A stretch of DNA of 64,000 nucleotides from Acidimicrobiales bacterium (lineage in GTDB: Bacteria > Actinomycetota > Acidimicrobiia > Acidimicrobiales > VFJN01): contig JBOGHK010000007.1 of NCBI GenBank assembly GCA_050744325.1, forward strand, positions 77-64,076, in the 5' to 3' direction. The translations under genes were made by a program, and so were the position numbers. Below are positions 24,191-33,124 of this stretch, in pieces. The stretch's first letter is position 1; each line of letters opens with the position of its first letter. Under the pieces are notes generated by a model. The model was not told where the DNA came from and did no database searches. It was given only the letters and a program-made list of their open reading frames with translations.

Positions 24191-25504
24191 ATGAGGCGAC
24201 GGCTGTTCGCGATCACGTTGGCTACCACCACGCTGGTGGTCGTCGCGTTCGCGGTGCCGCTGGCCGGGCTGGTCCGCTCCGTGGCGCGTGACCGTGCGAT
24301 CAGCGGGGCCGAGCGTGACGTCGCAGCCCTCGCGCCGGCGCTGGCTCTGACCGAGGACCCCACGCTACTGGAGACCGCGATCGGGCGGACGTCGACCGGC
24401 GCCGACGGGCGGCTGACAGTCTGGATGCCGGACGGTACCCAGCTCGGCGACCAGACCACCGGCGACCAGGACACTGTCGGGGTCACCAGGCAGCGGCAGG
24501 CAGCGTTCAGCCATGAGCGCGACGGCGGGCTCGACCTGTACTCCCCGGTCGTGACCGGCGCCGAGGACGTCTCGGTGATCCGGGCCCGCCTGCCCGACGA
24601 GCTGCTCGAGGACGGCGTGACCCGCGCGTGGGCCGCGCTCGCCGGGGTGGCCGTCGCGCTGGTCGCCGCGGCGGCGTTCTTGGCCGACCGCCTCGCCCGG
24701 TCGCTGACCCGCGACGCCACGGCGCTGGCCGGCACCGCCCAGACCTTGGCGGCTGGCGAGGGCGATGCCAGGGTCGAGCCCGGCGGTACGCCCGAGCTCG
24801 CCGAAGCCGCGCGGGCGCTGAACCTGCTGGCCGACCGCATCGACGTCCTGCGGTCCGCGGAGCGCGAGCGGGTCGCCGACCTCTCGCACCAGCTCCGCAC
24901 CCCGCTCACGGCGCTCCGGCTCGATGCCGAAGCGGTCGACGACCCTGACCTGATCGCCGACGTCGACCGCTTGGAGGCCGCGGTCACCGACCTCATCCAC
25001 GCGGCGCGCCAGCCGCTCCACCGGACCGGCAGTGTCGAGGCCGACCGGTGCGACCTGGTGGCCGCGGTCGAGGAGCGGGCCCGCTTCTGGGCGGCGCTCG
25101 CCGAGGACGACCAACGGCAGTGGCAACTCGACCTGCCGGCGCAGCGGCCGGTGGCGGTGCCGCTCGGCGCGGCGGACCTCGAGGCGGCGATCGACGCCCT
25201 GCTCGGCAACGTGTTCGCTCACACCCCCGACGGCACCGGCTACGCACTCAGCGTCACCGTCGACGGTGACACCGCCCGGCTGGGGGTCGACGACGCCGGC
25301 CACGGCATCGCCGAGCCCGATGCCGTGTCGGCCCGGGGACGGACGTCGGCCCGTTCGTCGGGCCTCGGCCTCGACATCGCCCGTCGGGCTGCCGAATCCG
25401 CGGGCGGGAAGCTGACGATCAGCCGGTCGAGCCTCGGCGGCGCCCGGATCGCCCTCGACCTCCCGACCCTCCCGTCCGGCGCTCTCGGCGACCCCGGCAG
25501 GTGA
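24191..25504 (+). CDS. Sensor histidine kinase
   Basis: Two TM segments, HAMP-like region, H-box ADLSHQLRTPLTAL, and an HATPase region with GLGLDIARR. Confidence 0.85.
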   Translation: MRRRLFAITLATTTLVVVAFAVPLAGLVRSVARDRAISGAERDVAALAPALALTEDPTLLETAIGRTSTGADGRLTVWMPDGTQLGDQTTGDQDTVGVTRQRQAAFSHERDGGLDLYSPVVTGAEDVSVIRARLPDELLEDGVTRAWAALAGVAVALVAAAAFLADRLARSLTRDATALAGTAQTLAAGEGDARVEPGGTPELAEAARALNLLADRIDVLRSAERERVADLSHQLRTPLTALRLDAEAVDDPDLIADVDRLEAAVTDLIHAARQPLHRTGSVEADRCDLVAAVEERARFWAALAEDDQRQWQLDLPAQRPVAVPLGAADLEAAIDALLGNVFAHTPDGTGYALSVTVDGDTARLGVDDAGHGIAEPDAVSARGRTSARSSGLGLDIARRAAESAGGKLTISRSSLGGARIALDLPTLPSGALGDPGR

Positions 25505-25559
25505 TCGGCTGGCGTCGCGGTGGGCCGCGGCGAGACGCGACGCTCTAGGGTGGCCGGCG

Positions 25560-26732
25560 ATGGGCGGTCCGTTGAGTGGGGTACGGGTCCTCGACGTGAC
25601 CCACCTGCTCGCGGGGTCATACTGCAGCCTCCTGTTGGCGGACATGGGTGCCGACGTCGTGAAGGTCGAGCGTCCCGGCGGTGACACCGGGCGGGGACCT
25701 CCGGGGGCCGACGGATTCGGCCCCGCCAACCGCAACAAGCGCAGCATCGTGGTGGACCTGCAGCACAACGAGGGTCGGGCGGTTGCCCAGCGGCTGGCCG
25801 ACCGGGCCGACGTGCTCGTCGAGAACTACCGCCCCGGGGTGCTCGACCGGCTCGGTCTGGGCTACGAGACGCTGTCCCAGCGCAACCCGACCCTGGTCTA
25901 CTGCTCGATCTCCGGCTTCGGCGGCACCGGGCCCGACCGCGACCGGGGCGGCTTCGACCTGGTGGCTCAGGGGATCAGCGGCCTGATGAGCGTCACCGGC
26001 GAGCCCGACGGCCAGCCGGTCAAGGTCGGGGTGCCGATCGCCGACCTCAACGCCGGAACGTTCGGCGCGCTCGGCGTGGTGTCCGCGTACGTCGAGCGGC
26101 TGCGCAGCGGCCGGGGCCAGCGGGTCGACACCTCGCTGCTGGAGGGGGCGCTGGCTTACACGGTGTGGGAGTCGGCCAGCTTCTTCGCGTCCGGCGTCGC
26201 GCCTGGCGCGACCGGTTCCGCCCACCGGCTCACCGCTCCCTACCAGGCCTTCCCGACCGCCGACGGCTGGATCAACATCGGCGCGGCCAACCAGGCCACA
26301 TGGGAGAGACTGACTGCAGCCCTCGGCGCCGACGACCTGGGCGCCGACCCCCGATTCGCGACGCCCTTCCACCGCCTGCGGAACCGGGCCGAGCTCGCGG
26401 AGTTTTTGGCGCCGGTGCTCGCGACGGCGACCACCGCCGTATGGCTCGACCGGCTCGCGGCGGCGGGCGTTCCCGCCGGGCCGATCTACGACCTTGCCCA
26501 GACGTGGGGCGATCCTCAGGTGCTGGCCCGGGGGATGCTGGTCGAAGCGCCGACGGTGCACGGAACCGGCCGGTTCATCGGTCCGCCGGTCAAGCTGTCG
26601 GCGACGCCCTGGGCCGTCGATCGCGGCGTACCGGCGCCGGGAGCGGACACCCGGGCGGTGCTAGTGGAGGCAGGCTTCGGCGACGACGAGGTCGACCGCC
26701 TGGCCGCGGCGCGTGTCGTGGTCGACGCATGA
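25560..26732 (+). CDS. Family III CoA-transferase (CaiB/BaiF)
   Basis: GVRVLDVTHLLAGSYCSLLLADMGADVVKVERPGGD is the typical N-terminus. Confidence 0.85.
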   Translation: MGGPLSGVRVLDVTHLLAGSYCSLLLADMGADVVKVERPGGDTGRGPPGADGFGPANRNKRSIVVDLQHNEGRAVAQRLADRADVLVENYRPGVLDRLGLGYETLSQRNPTLVYCSISGFGGTGPDRDRGGFDLVAQGISGLMSVTGEPDGQPVKVGVPIADLNAGTFGALGVVSAYVERLRSGRGQRVDTSLLEGALAYTVWESASFFASGVAPGATGSAHRLTAPYQAFPTADGWINIGAANQATWERLTAALGADDLGADPRFATPFHRLRNRAELAEFLAPVLATATTAVWLDRLAAAGVPAGPIYDLAQTWGDPQVLARGMLVEAPTVHGTGRFIGPPVKLSATPWAVDRGVPAPGADTRAVLVEAGFGDDEVDRLAAARVVVDA

Positions 26733-26863
26733 GCCCTCCGTGCCGCAAACTCTGGCGTCAGCCCGGTTGCCGGCCAACCATGCCTGATATCGGACGTGTC
26801 GCCGAGCCGGGCGCCACGGCAGGCTCGCACGAGATCGTCCACCGACCGCCAGGGAGGACCATC

Positions 26864-27658
26864 GTGAACACCAGCGCCACCTCTACCAGCTCGGCAAGGG
26901 AGGTGCGGGTCGAGCGTCCGGACCCGCACTACGCGCTGATCACCCTGGACAACCCCCCACGCAACCAGCTTTCGTTCGCCGGCCGCACCGCTCTGGTGGA
27001 GGCCTTGGCCGAGCTGGACACCGATCACGACATCCGCTGCCTGGTGGTGACCGGCACCGGTTCGGGCTTCACCGCCGGCAACGACCTGCGCCAGGACGTG
27101 GCGATGGGCGACGGTGACGTCGACGACTTCCTCGGCGGCTTCGGCAGGGTCCTGCTCGGGCTGGAGCGGTTCCGGGCGCCGGTGATCGCCGCGATCAACG
27201 GCGCGACCGCCGGGGGCGGGCTCGAGTTCGCGCTGTGCTGCGACGTGCGGATCGCGTCGAGCGAGGCGGTGTTCATCGCCGCGGGCGTCAACGTCGGGCT
27301 GATCGCGAACTTCTACCGGTTGCCGCGAGTTGTCGGCGAGGGGCCAGCCAAAGACCTGCTGCTCACCGGGCGGCGCTGGAGCGCCGAGGAGGCACTGCGC
27401 TGGGGGCTGGTCACCGCTGTGCATCCGCCGGACCAGTTGCTCGACGCCGCCCACGCGCTGGCCAACCGCATCGCCAGCCGGGCGCCGCTGTCGGTGGAGG
27501 CCACCAAGGACGCCGTCCACCGGGTGCGCCACGCCACCGCCGACGAGGCCCAGGCCCTGCAGGCCGAGCACTTCGCGAGGCTGTTCCGCACCGACGACCA
27601 CGCCGAAGCCGTGGCTGCCTTCTTCGAGAAGCGGTCGCCGACGTTCCACCGCCGATGA
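26864..27658 (+). CDS. Enoyl-CoA hydratase/isomerase family
   Basis: GTG 26864 preceded by AGGGAGGA. VVTGTGSGFTAGNDL and INGATAGGGLEFALCCDVRIAS. Confidence 0.8.
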   Translation: MNTSATSTSSAREVRVERPDPHYALITLDNPPRNQLSFAGRTALVEALAELDTDHDIRCLVVTGTGSGFTAGNDLRQDVAMGDGDVDDFLGGFGRVLLGLERFRAPVIAAINGATAGGGLEFALCCDVRIASSEAVFIAAGVNVGLIANFYRLPRVVGEGPAKDLLLTGRRWSAEEALRWGLVTAVHPPDQLLDAAHALANRIASRAPLSVEATKDAVHRVRHATADEAQALQAEHFARLFRTDDHAEAVAAFFEKRSPTFHRR

Positions 27659-29337
27659 GCCCCGACACGACCGAGGTACCGGGCGACGATGCCGAGACGG
27701 ACCGCTCGCGCGCGGTGACAGCCGTCTCGTCGGATGCCGCGGGAAGAGGCGGCGCGGCGGGCGCACTCCTGGCCAGTGGCGAGGCGCTGCGGCCGTGGAG
27801 CGACCACCTGCCCGACGGCGTGGACCCGCACACGCTCGACCTGGTGGCGGGGCGGTCCCTGCCGGCTGCCTGGCGGGCCTGCTGGGCGACGGATCCGGGC
27901 CGGGTCGTGATCCGTGGTGCGGCGGACGGCCAGGTTCTGACGGCGGCGGCGCTGGAGGAGCGCTCGGCCGTGGCGGCGGCCCGGTTCGCCGCTGCCGGAG
28001 TCGGTCCCGGCGACCGGGTGGCGGTGTCGGCCCCGGGTTCCGTGGACTTCGTGGTCGCCTACGTCGGCATCCAGCGCATCGGCGCGGTGGCCGTGCCACT
28101 GAACAGCGCCTACACCGAGCGCGAGGTGATCCAGGTCGTCGCCGACGCTCGACCAGTCGCAGCGATCACCGACGAGGCCCAGCTCGCCAGGTGGATCGAG
28201 GCTGCGGCTCCACCCGGATGCGCACGGACACCACCGGACCTGAGCGGGCTGCCGACTGCCGGCACGGGCGGCGTCACCCTGGACGGTGCCGCGACCGGGG
28301 ACCCCGCACTCCTCTGCTACACGTCGGGCACCACCGGTGTGCCCAAAGGCGTCCTGCTGAGCCACGGCAACCTGCTGGCCTCGGCCGAGGCCGTGTGTCT
28401 TGCCTGGCGATGGACACCCGACGACGAGCTGATCCTCGCCCTACCTCTGTTCCACCTCCACGGCCTGGCGGTCGGGTTGCACGGCACGCTGGTGACCGGC
28501 GCCACCGCCCTGGTGTTCGACCGCTTCGACCCAGCTGCCGTGCTCACGGCGGCACGCGCCGGCAGCTCGATGTTCTTCGGCGTCCCCACCATGTGGCACC
28601 GGCTCGCCAGGCACCCTGCCGCCACCGACCTGGGGCGCCTGCGGCTGGGGGTCTCCGGCTCGGCACCGCTTCCCGTCGACCTGCACGCCGCGATCGCCGC
28701 GCTCGCGGGCCGCCCACCGCTGGAGCGCTACGGCATGACCGAGACGGTCATGCTGGTGTCGAACCCCCACGACGGGGAGCGCCGCGCGGGGTCGGTGGGG
28801 TTCCCGCTGCCTGGCGTCGAGGTCCGTCTGGCCGAGGGTGGAGTGGCCGACGACGGCGGCGACGGTGCCCCAGGCGAGATCGAGGTCCGCGGCCCGAACG
28901 TGTTCGCCGGCTACTGGCAGCGGCCGGACGTGAACCAGGTGTCGTTCCGCGAGGGCTGGTTTCGCACCGGGGACCTGGGCGCCGTCGACCCCGACGGATA
29001 CCTGCGCATCGTCGGTCGCGCCAAGGAGCTGATCATCTCCGGCGGGCTGAACATCCTCCCGCGGGAGGTCGAGGAGGTCCTGCGCAGCCATCCGGCGGTC
29101 GATGACGCGGCGGTCGTCGGCGCACCCGACCCCGAGTGGGGCGAGCGGGTCTGTGCGTTCGTCGTGCCGGGTGACCCAGTGGCCGATTCCGAGCTCGCCG
29201 CCTGGTGCGCCGAGCGCCTCGCGCCCCACAAGCGCCCACGGCTGTGGCGCCGGGTCGACGAGATTCCCCACAACGCTCTCGGCAAGATCCAGCGAGACGT
29301 GCTGGTCAGCGCGCTCGCCGCCGAGGCCAGCACCTAG
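27655..29337 (+). CDS. AMP-dependent acyl-CoA synthetase/ligase
   Basis: ATG 27655 (ATGA overlap). YTSGTTGVPKG and GWFRTGDLG..RAKELIISGG motifs. Confidence 0.85.
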   Translation: MSPDTTEVPGDDAETDRSRAVTAVSSDAAGRGGAAGALLASGEALRPWSDHLPDGVDPHTLDLVAGRSLPAAWRACWATDPGRVVIRGAADGQVLTAAALEERSAVAAARFAAAGVGPGDRVAVSAPGSVDFVVAYVGIQRIGAVAVPLNSAYTEREVIQVVADARPVAAITDEAQLARWIEAAAPPGCARTPPDLSGLPTAGTGGVTLDGAATGDPALLCYTSGTTGVPKGVLLSHGNLLASAEAVCLAWRWTPDDELILALPLFHLHGLAVGLHGTLVTGATALVFDRFDPAAVLTAARAGSSMFFGVPTMWHRLARHPAATDLGRLRLGVSGSAPLPVDLHAAIAALAGRPPLERYGMTETVMLVSNPHDGERRAGSVGFPLPGVEVRLAEGGVADDGGDGAPGEIEVRGPNVFAGYWQRPDVNQVSFREGWFRTGDLGAVDPDGYLRIVGRAKELIISGGLNILPREVEEVLRSHPAVDDAAVVGAPDPEWGERVCAFVVPGDPVADSELAAWCAERLAPHKRPRLWRRVDEIPHNALGKIQRDVLVSALAAEAST

Positions 29338-29391
29338 TGTCCTTTTAGGGTCCTCCCGGCGTGCGGCGCAATGCGCCGGGCGCTCGTCCTG

Positions 29392-29494
29392 TGCCGAGGC
29401 AATGCTGGTCGCGAGAGGCACTGCGAGGCGATGGTGGTCGGAGACCGACCCCAATGACCTCGAAGCAGTCGCCGCGACCGCTATTGCCTCGGCA
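29392..29494. other. Long imperfect hairpin (~103 nt) closed by a 12-bp perfect stem
   Basis: TGCCGAGGCAAT (29392-29403) pairs with ATTGCCTCGGCA (29483-29494). Interior helices are GC(T)GGTCGCG/CGCGACCGC, ACTGC..GAGG/CCTC..GCAGT and GGTCGG-AGA-CCGACC. Confidence 0.5.
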
Positions 29495-29573
29495 GGACTG
29501 GCCCCGCCATCGGCGATCGCCGCGCGGCCACCGGGCTGGCCGCTGAAAGCGCAGGCAAGGGGCGGCGGGCGCG

Positions 29574-30086
29574 GTGATGCCGCCGACTGTCGGTAGGGTG
29601 CCGGCCGTGAGTGACGGCACCCCCGACGGGCCTCCGACGCTCTACGACTGGGCGGGTGGTCGCGAGGCGCTGCGACGCCTGATGGACGCCTTCTACGACC
29701 GGGTGGAACGCGACGAACTGCTGTCGCCGGTGTTCCCGGGCGGTGTCAGCGAGGAGCACCGCGACCACGTGACCAGCTGGTGGTCCGAGGTCTTCGGCGG
29801 GCCGACCCGCTACAGCGACAGCCTCGGCGGATACCAGCAGATGGTGGCCAAGCACCGCGACCTGGGCATCACTGCCGAACAGCGTCACCGGTTCGCGTCG
29901 CTGATGAGCCAGGCCGCCGACGACTCAGGCCTGCCCGACGACCCCGAGTTCCGCTCGGCGCTGGTTGCCTACCTCGAATGGGGCACGCAGATCGCGCTGG
30001 CCAACTCGCAGCCCGGGGCCGAAGTGGTCCCTGACGCGCCAGTGCCACGCTGGGGATGGGGCGAGGCGCGGCCCTACCAGCCGTGA
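29574..30086 (+). CDS. Truncated (2-on-2) hemoglobin family protein
   Basis: LYDWAGGREALRRLMDAFYDRVERDELLSPVFPG..HRDHVTSWWSEVFGGPTRY..MVAKHRDLGITAEQRHRF. The start is uncertain (29574, 29577 or 29607). Confidence 0.7.
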   Translation: MMPPTVGRVPAVSDGTPDGPPTLYDWAGGREALRRLMDAFYDRVERDELLSPVFPGGVSEEHRDHVTSWWSEVFGGPTRYSDSLGGYQQMVAKHRDLGITAEQRHRFASLMSQAADDSGLPDDPEFRSALVAYLEWGTQIALANSQPGAEVVPDAPVPRWGWGEARPYQP

Positions 30087-31018
30087 GCCCGTCAGACGGC
30101 GCTCTCGGCCGAGAGCGCGCCGACGTCCCGGCGCCGTCCGGGGTGTCGACATCGCCGGCGATCCGCGTCACCGACGACGGGGCCGTCCGGCGCCTGGTGC
30201 TGAGCCGGCCCGACCAGCTCAATACGATCACCCCCCGGCTGCGCGACGACCTCGACGCCGGCCTCGATGCGGCGGACCGCGACCCGAACGTCAAGGTGGT
30301 GCTGCTGAGCGCCGAGGGCAGGGCCTTCTGCGCCGGCTTCGGCCTCGACTGGTCGACCACCGGCCAGGCCGCGGCCGACGATGCCGAGGGTGTCGACGGC
30401 CGGGTGTGGGACACGGTGGCCGATGTCCAGATGATCGGCCGGTTCGGCAACACGTTCGCCAAGCTCCACTCGATCAGCAAGCCGACGATCGCCGCCGTCC
30501 AGGGGTGGTGCATCGCCGGCGGCACCGACATGGTGCTCAACGCCGACCTCATCGTCGCCGGCGAGGGCGCCCGCTTCGGCTATCCACCCGCGAGGGTCTG
30601 GGGCGTCCCCGAAGCGCCGTGGGTGTGGGTCGCCCGGCTCGGCCTCGAACGGTCCAAGCGCTACCTGTTCACCGGCGACGAGCTGTCGGCCGCCGAGGCC
30701 GCGGCCGCCGGCATGATCCTCGAGTGCGTGCCCGACGGCGAGCTCGAGGCCCGGGCCACCGCTCTGGCGCAGCGGATCGCACTGCTGCCGTTGAACCAGC
30801 TCCAGATGATGAAGTGGATGCTCAACGACGTCGCCCGGCACCAGTACCAGCCGGACACCAGCCGGCTCCTCGGTTTGATCTTCGACGGCGTCGCCCGCCA
30901 CACCCAGGAGGGACGTGACTTCGTGGCCCGCGCCGCCGACGTCGGCTGGCGTGAGGCGATCCGCGAGCGCGACCGGCCGTTCCAGGACTACGGCGAGCGG
31001 CCACACCACCGTGACTGA
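30083..31018 (+). CDS. Crotonase/enoyl-CoA hydratase superfamily protein
   Basis: GTG 30083 (GTGA overlap). LLSAEGRAFCAGFGLDW and VQGWCIAGGTDMVLNADLIVAGE. Confidence 0.75.
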   Translation: MSPSDGALGRERADVPAPSGVSTSPAIRVTDDGAVRRLVLSRPDQLNTITPRLRDDLDAGLDAADRDPNVKVVLLSAEGRAFCAGFGLDWSTTGQAAADDAEGVDGRVWDTVADVQMIGRFGNTFAKLHSISKPTIAAVQGWCIAGGTDMVLNADLIVAGEGARFGYPPARVWGVPEAPWVWVARLGLERSKRYLFTGDELSAAEAAAAGMILECVPDGELEARATALAQRIALLPLNQLQMMKWMLNDVARHQYQPDTSRLLGLIFDGVARHTQEGRDFVARAADVGWREAIRERDRPFQDYGERPHHRD

Positions 31019-32021
31019 CCGGGACGGAGAGGTGCTGTTCCGATCCGGGCACGATGGGAGCGGGGACGCGGACGATCCGGTCATCGCCGAAGTGACACGC
31101 GACGGGTTCGTGGAGAGCACCCATCGAGGCCGGGTGGTGGCTCTCGACGCCGCGGGCGAGGTGGCTCTGGCCGTCGGCCGGGTCGATCTGCCCGTGCTGC
31201 TCCGCAGCTGCGCCAAACCCCTGCAGGCCGTCGGGATGGTGCGGTCCGGGCTCGACCTCGACGCTCCTCACCTGGCGATCGCCGCCGCCAGCCACGACGG
31301 GACGGCGATGCACACGCAACTGGTCCGCGAGGTGCTCGCCACCGCGGGGTTGGACGAGACCGTGCTCGACAACACGCCGGCGCTGCCGCTGAACCGGCGC
31401 GCTGCAGCCGAACAGCTGGTGGCCCGCGGCCCGGACCGGCTGGGCCAGAACTGTTCGGGCAAGCACGCGGCCATGCTGGCCACGTGCGTTGCGAACGGCT
31501 GGCCGCTCGACAGCTACCTCGACCACGAGCATCCCCTGCAGCAGGCGCTGATGGAGACCCTGGAGGACCTCGCCGGTGAGCCGGTCGCCCACGTCGCGAC
31601 CGATGGCTGCGGCGCGCCGATCGGCGCAGTGTCGCTGACCGGCCTGGCGCGGTCCTTCGCCCGCCTGGCGGCCGCCGATCCCGCGAGCCCCGAGGGCCGG
31701 GTGGCCGCGGCGATCCGAGCCCACCCGGTGATCGTCGGCGGTGAGGAGCGCGACGTGACCCGCCTGCTGCGTGCCGTACCAGGGTTGGTGAGCAAGGACG
31801 GAGCGGAGGGATGCGACACCGCCGCGCTCGCCGACGGTCGGGCCGTCGCCCTCAAGATCGCCGACGGCGCGCAGCGGGCGCGGCCGCCGGTGATGGTCGC
31901 CGCCCTGCGATGGCTTGGGGTCGGTTCCGGCGACCTGGACGCCCTCGCCGAGGTTCCGATCCTCGGCCACGGTCGCCCGGTCGGCGCCGTCCGCGCCCGC
32001 CTCGAACAGCGACGGCCGTAA
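31011..32021 (+). CDS. Asparaginase_II (PF06089-type) family protein
   Basis: GTG 31011 (8-nt overlap). ESTHRG, SCAKPLQA, ASHDGT, NCSGKHAAMLA and DGCGAP motifs. Confidence 0.75.
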   Translation: MTDRDGEVLFRSGHDGSGDADDPVIAEVTRDGFVESTHRGRVVALDAAGEVALAVGRVDLPVLLRSCAKPLQAVGMVRSGLDLDAPHLAIAAASHDGTAMHTQLVREVLATAGLDETVLDNTPALPLNRRAAAEQLVARGPDRLGQNCSGKHAAMLATCVANGWPLDSYLDHEHPLQQALMETLEDLAGEPVAHVATDGCGAPIGAVSLTGLARSFARLAAADPASPEGRVAAAIRAHPVIVGGEERDVTRLLRAVPGLVSKDGAEGCDTAALADGRAVALKIADGAQRARPPVMVAALRWLGVGSGDLDALAEVPILGHGRPVGAVRARLEQRRP

Positions 32022-32242
32022 CACCCTGTGCCGTCCGGTGGCACAACATCTCTGCCTCCACCAGGGCAGATCGAGGGTCCTTGCTTCGTGCGTGCTGTAG
32101 TGGCAGGATCTCTCGCCGTGCTGGGGCCAACGGGGTCCGGTCGTCGGAGTGGGGCGGCCTTCCTAGCGTCAACCTCGGTCGCATAACTCGTCAACGAAGA
32201 TGAGCCGGGCTGGGGAGCCCTGGCAGGAGGGGAGAGGCAGGC

Positions 32243-33046
32243 ATGAATCATTACGTCCCGAGTGGACGTCGCGCGCTCGCAGGCATCGGCATGATGCTCG
32301 TCGGGGCTGTCGTCGGCGTCGTCGGGCTTACCGCTCCGGCGGGTGCCCACGAGTCGAAGGACGAACCCGACGAAGTCCCCGACGGGAAGAGCTGCCCGGA
32401 GCTCCTCGGCTCGGACGAGGAATGGAGCGAGTTCGTCATCGAGGACGTCTCGGCCGAAACCTTCACCCAGTCGTACACGATGGATGATCGGGGCACCGAG
32501 ACCACCGACGACGATGCCACTGTGACCATCACGGTCGAGAGCGGAAAGAAGCTCAACTGGGCGGCCACCGTCGCCATCGACGCTGTCTACGTCCAGGGCC
32601 GCGACACGAACCGCCCAGAGAACTCGTACTTCTTCGACTACACCGGCCTCACCGAAGAAGTCACCGAGGACGAGGACCTCCGCACTCCGCCGTACTCGCA
32701 GCTCGAGAAGAACAAGATCAAGTCGATCACGTTCTGTTGGGCCGACGAGACCACGCCGCCGACGACCGAAGGCCCCACCACGACCGAGGGCCCGACGACC
32801 ACCGAAGGCCCCACGACCACCGAAGGCCCCACCACGACCGAGGGCCCGACGACCACCGAGGGCCCCACCACGTCGGTCGCGCCCACCTCGACGTCCACGC
32901 CGCCCAGCACCGCGCCCGACGGCGACCTTCCCCAGACCGGTAGCAACACCGGGCTGCTCGTCGCTCTCGGAGCCGGTCTGCTCACCGCCGGCGGCATCCT
33001 CGTCGCCACCACCCGGCAGCTCTGGCGCCGCCACGAAGCCGCCTGA
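32243..33046 (+). CDS. LPXTG-anchored surface protein with (EGPTTT)6 stalk
   Basis: Signal peptide, ~140-aa unknown domain, six EGPTTT repeats, LPQTG, then a hydrophobic segment and RRHEAA tail. RBS GGAGGGGAGAGG. Visibly lower GC. Confidence 0.8.
   Translation: MNHYVPSGRRALAGIGMMLVGAVVGVVGLTAPAGAHESKDEPDEVPDGKSCPELLGSDEEWSEFVIEDVSAETFTQSYTMDDRGTETTDDDATVTITVESGKKLNWAATVAIDAVYVQGRDTNRPENSYFFDYTGLTEEVTEDEDLRTPPYSQLEKNKIKSITFCWADETTPPTTEGPTTTEGPTTTEGPTTTEGPTTTEGPTTTEGPTTSVAPTSTSTPPSTAPDGDLPQTGSNTGLLVALGAGLLTAGGILVATTRQLWRRHEAA
32768..32875 (+). repeat. 18-bp tandem repeat x6 (GAAGGCCCCACCACGACC variants), coding
   Basis: Units start at 32768, 32786, 32804, 32822, 32840 and 32858. Confidence 0.9.
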
Positions 33047-33072
33047 TCGGTAGGCATCCGTAGACGACAGCA

Positions 33073-33123
33073 CGTTCCGGCGCTGCCCTGGCTCGATGCC
33101 CGGGCGGGCGCAGCGCCGGAACG
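33073..33123. terminator. Bidirectional terminator hairpin, 14-bp perfect stem
   Basis: CGTTCCGGCGCTGC (33073-33086) pairs with GCAGCGCCGGAACG (33110-33123). Lies between the convergent LPXTG and hdeD-like genes. Confidence 0.7.
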
Positions 33124-33124
33124 G

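Noticed and set aside
19715-32875. CRISPR-like arrays (the tandem repeats at 19715-19794, 32768-32875 and 58821-58890)
   Set aside because: The units are contiguous with no spacers, have lengths that are multiples of 3, and are in frame within CDS, encoding peptide repeats. No cas genes are present.
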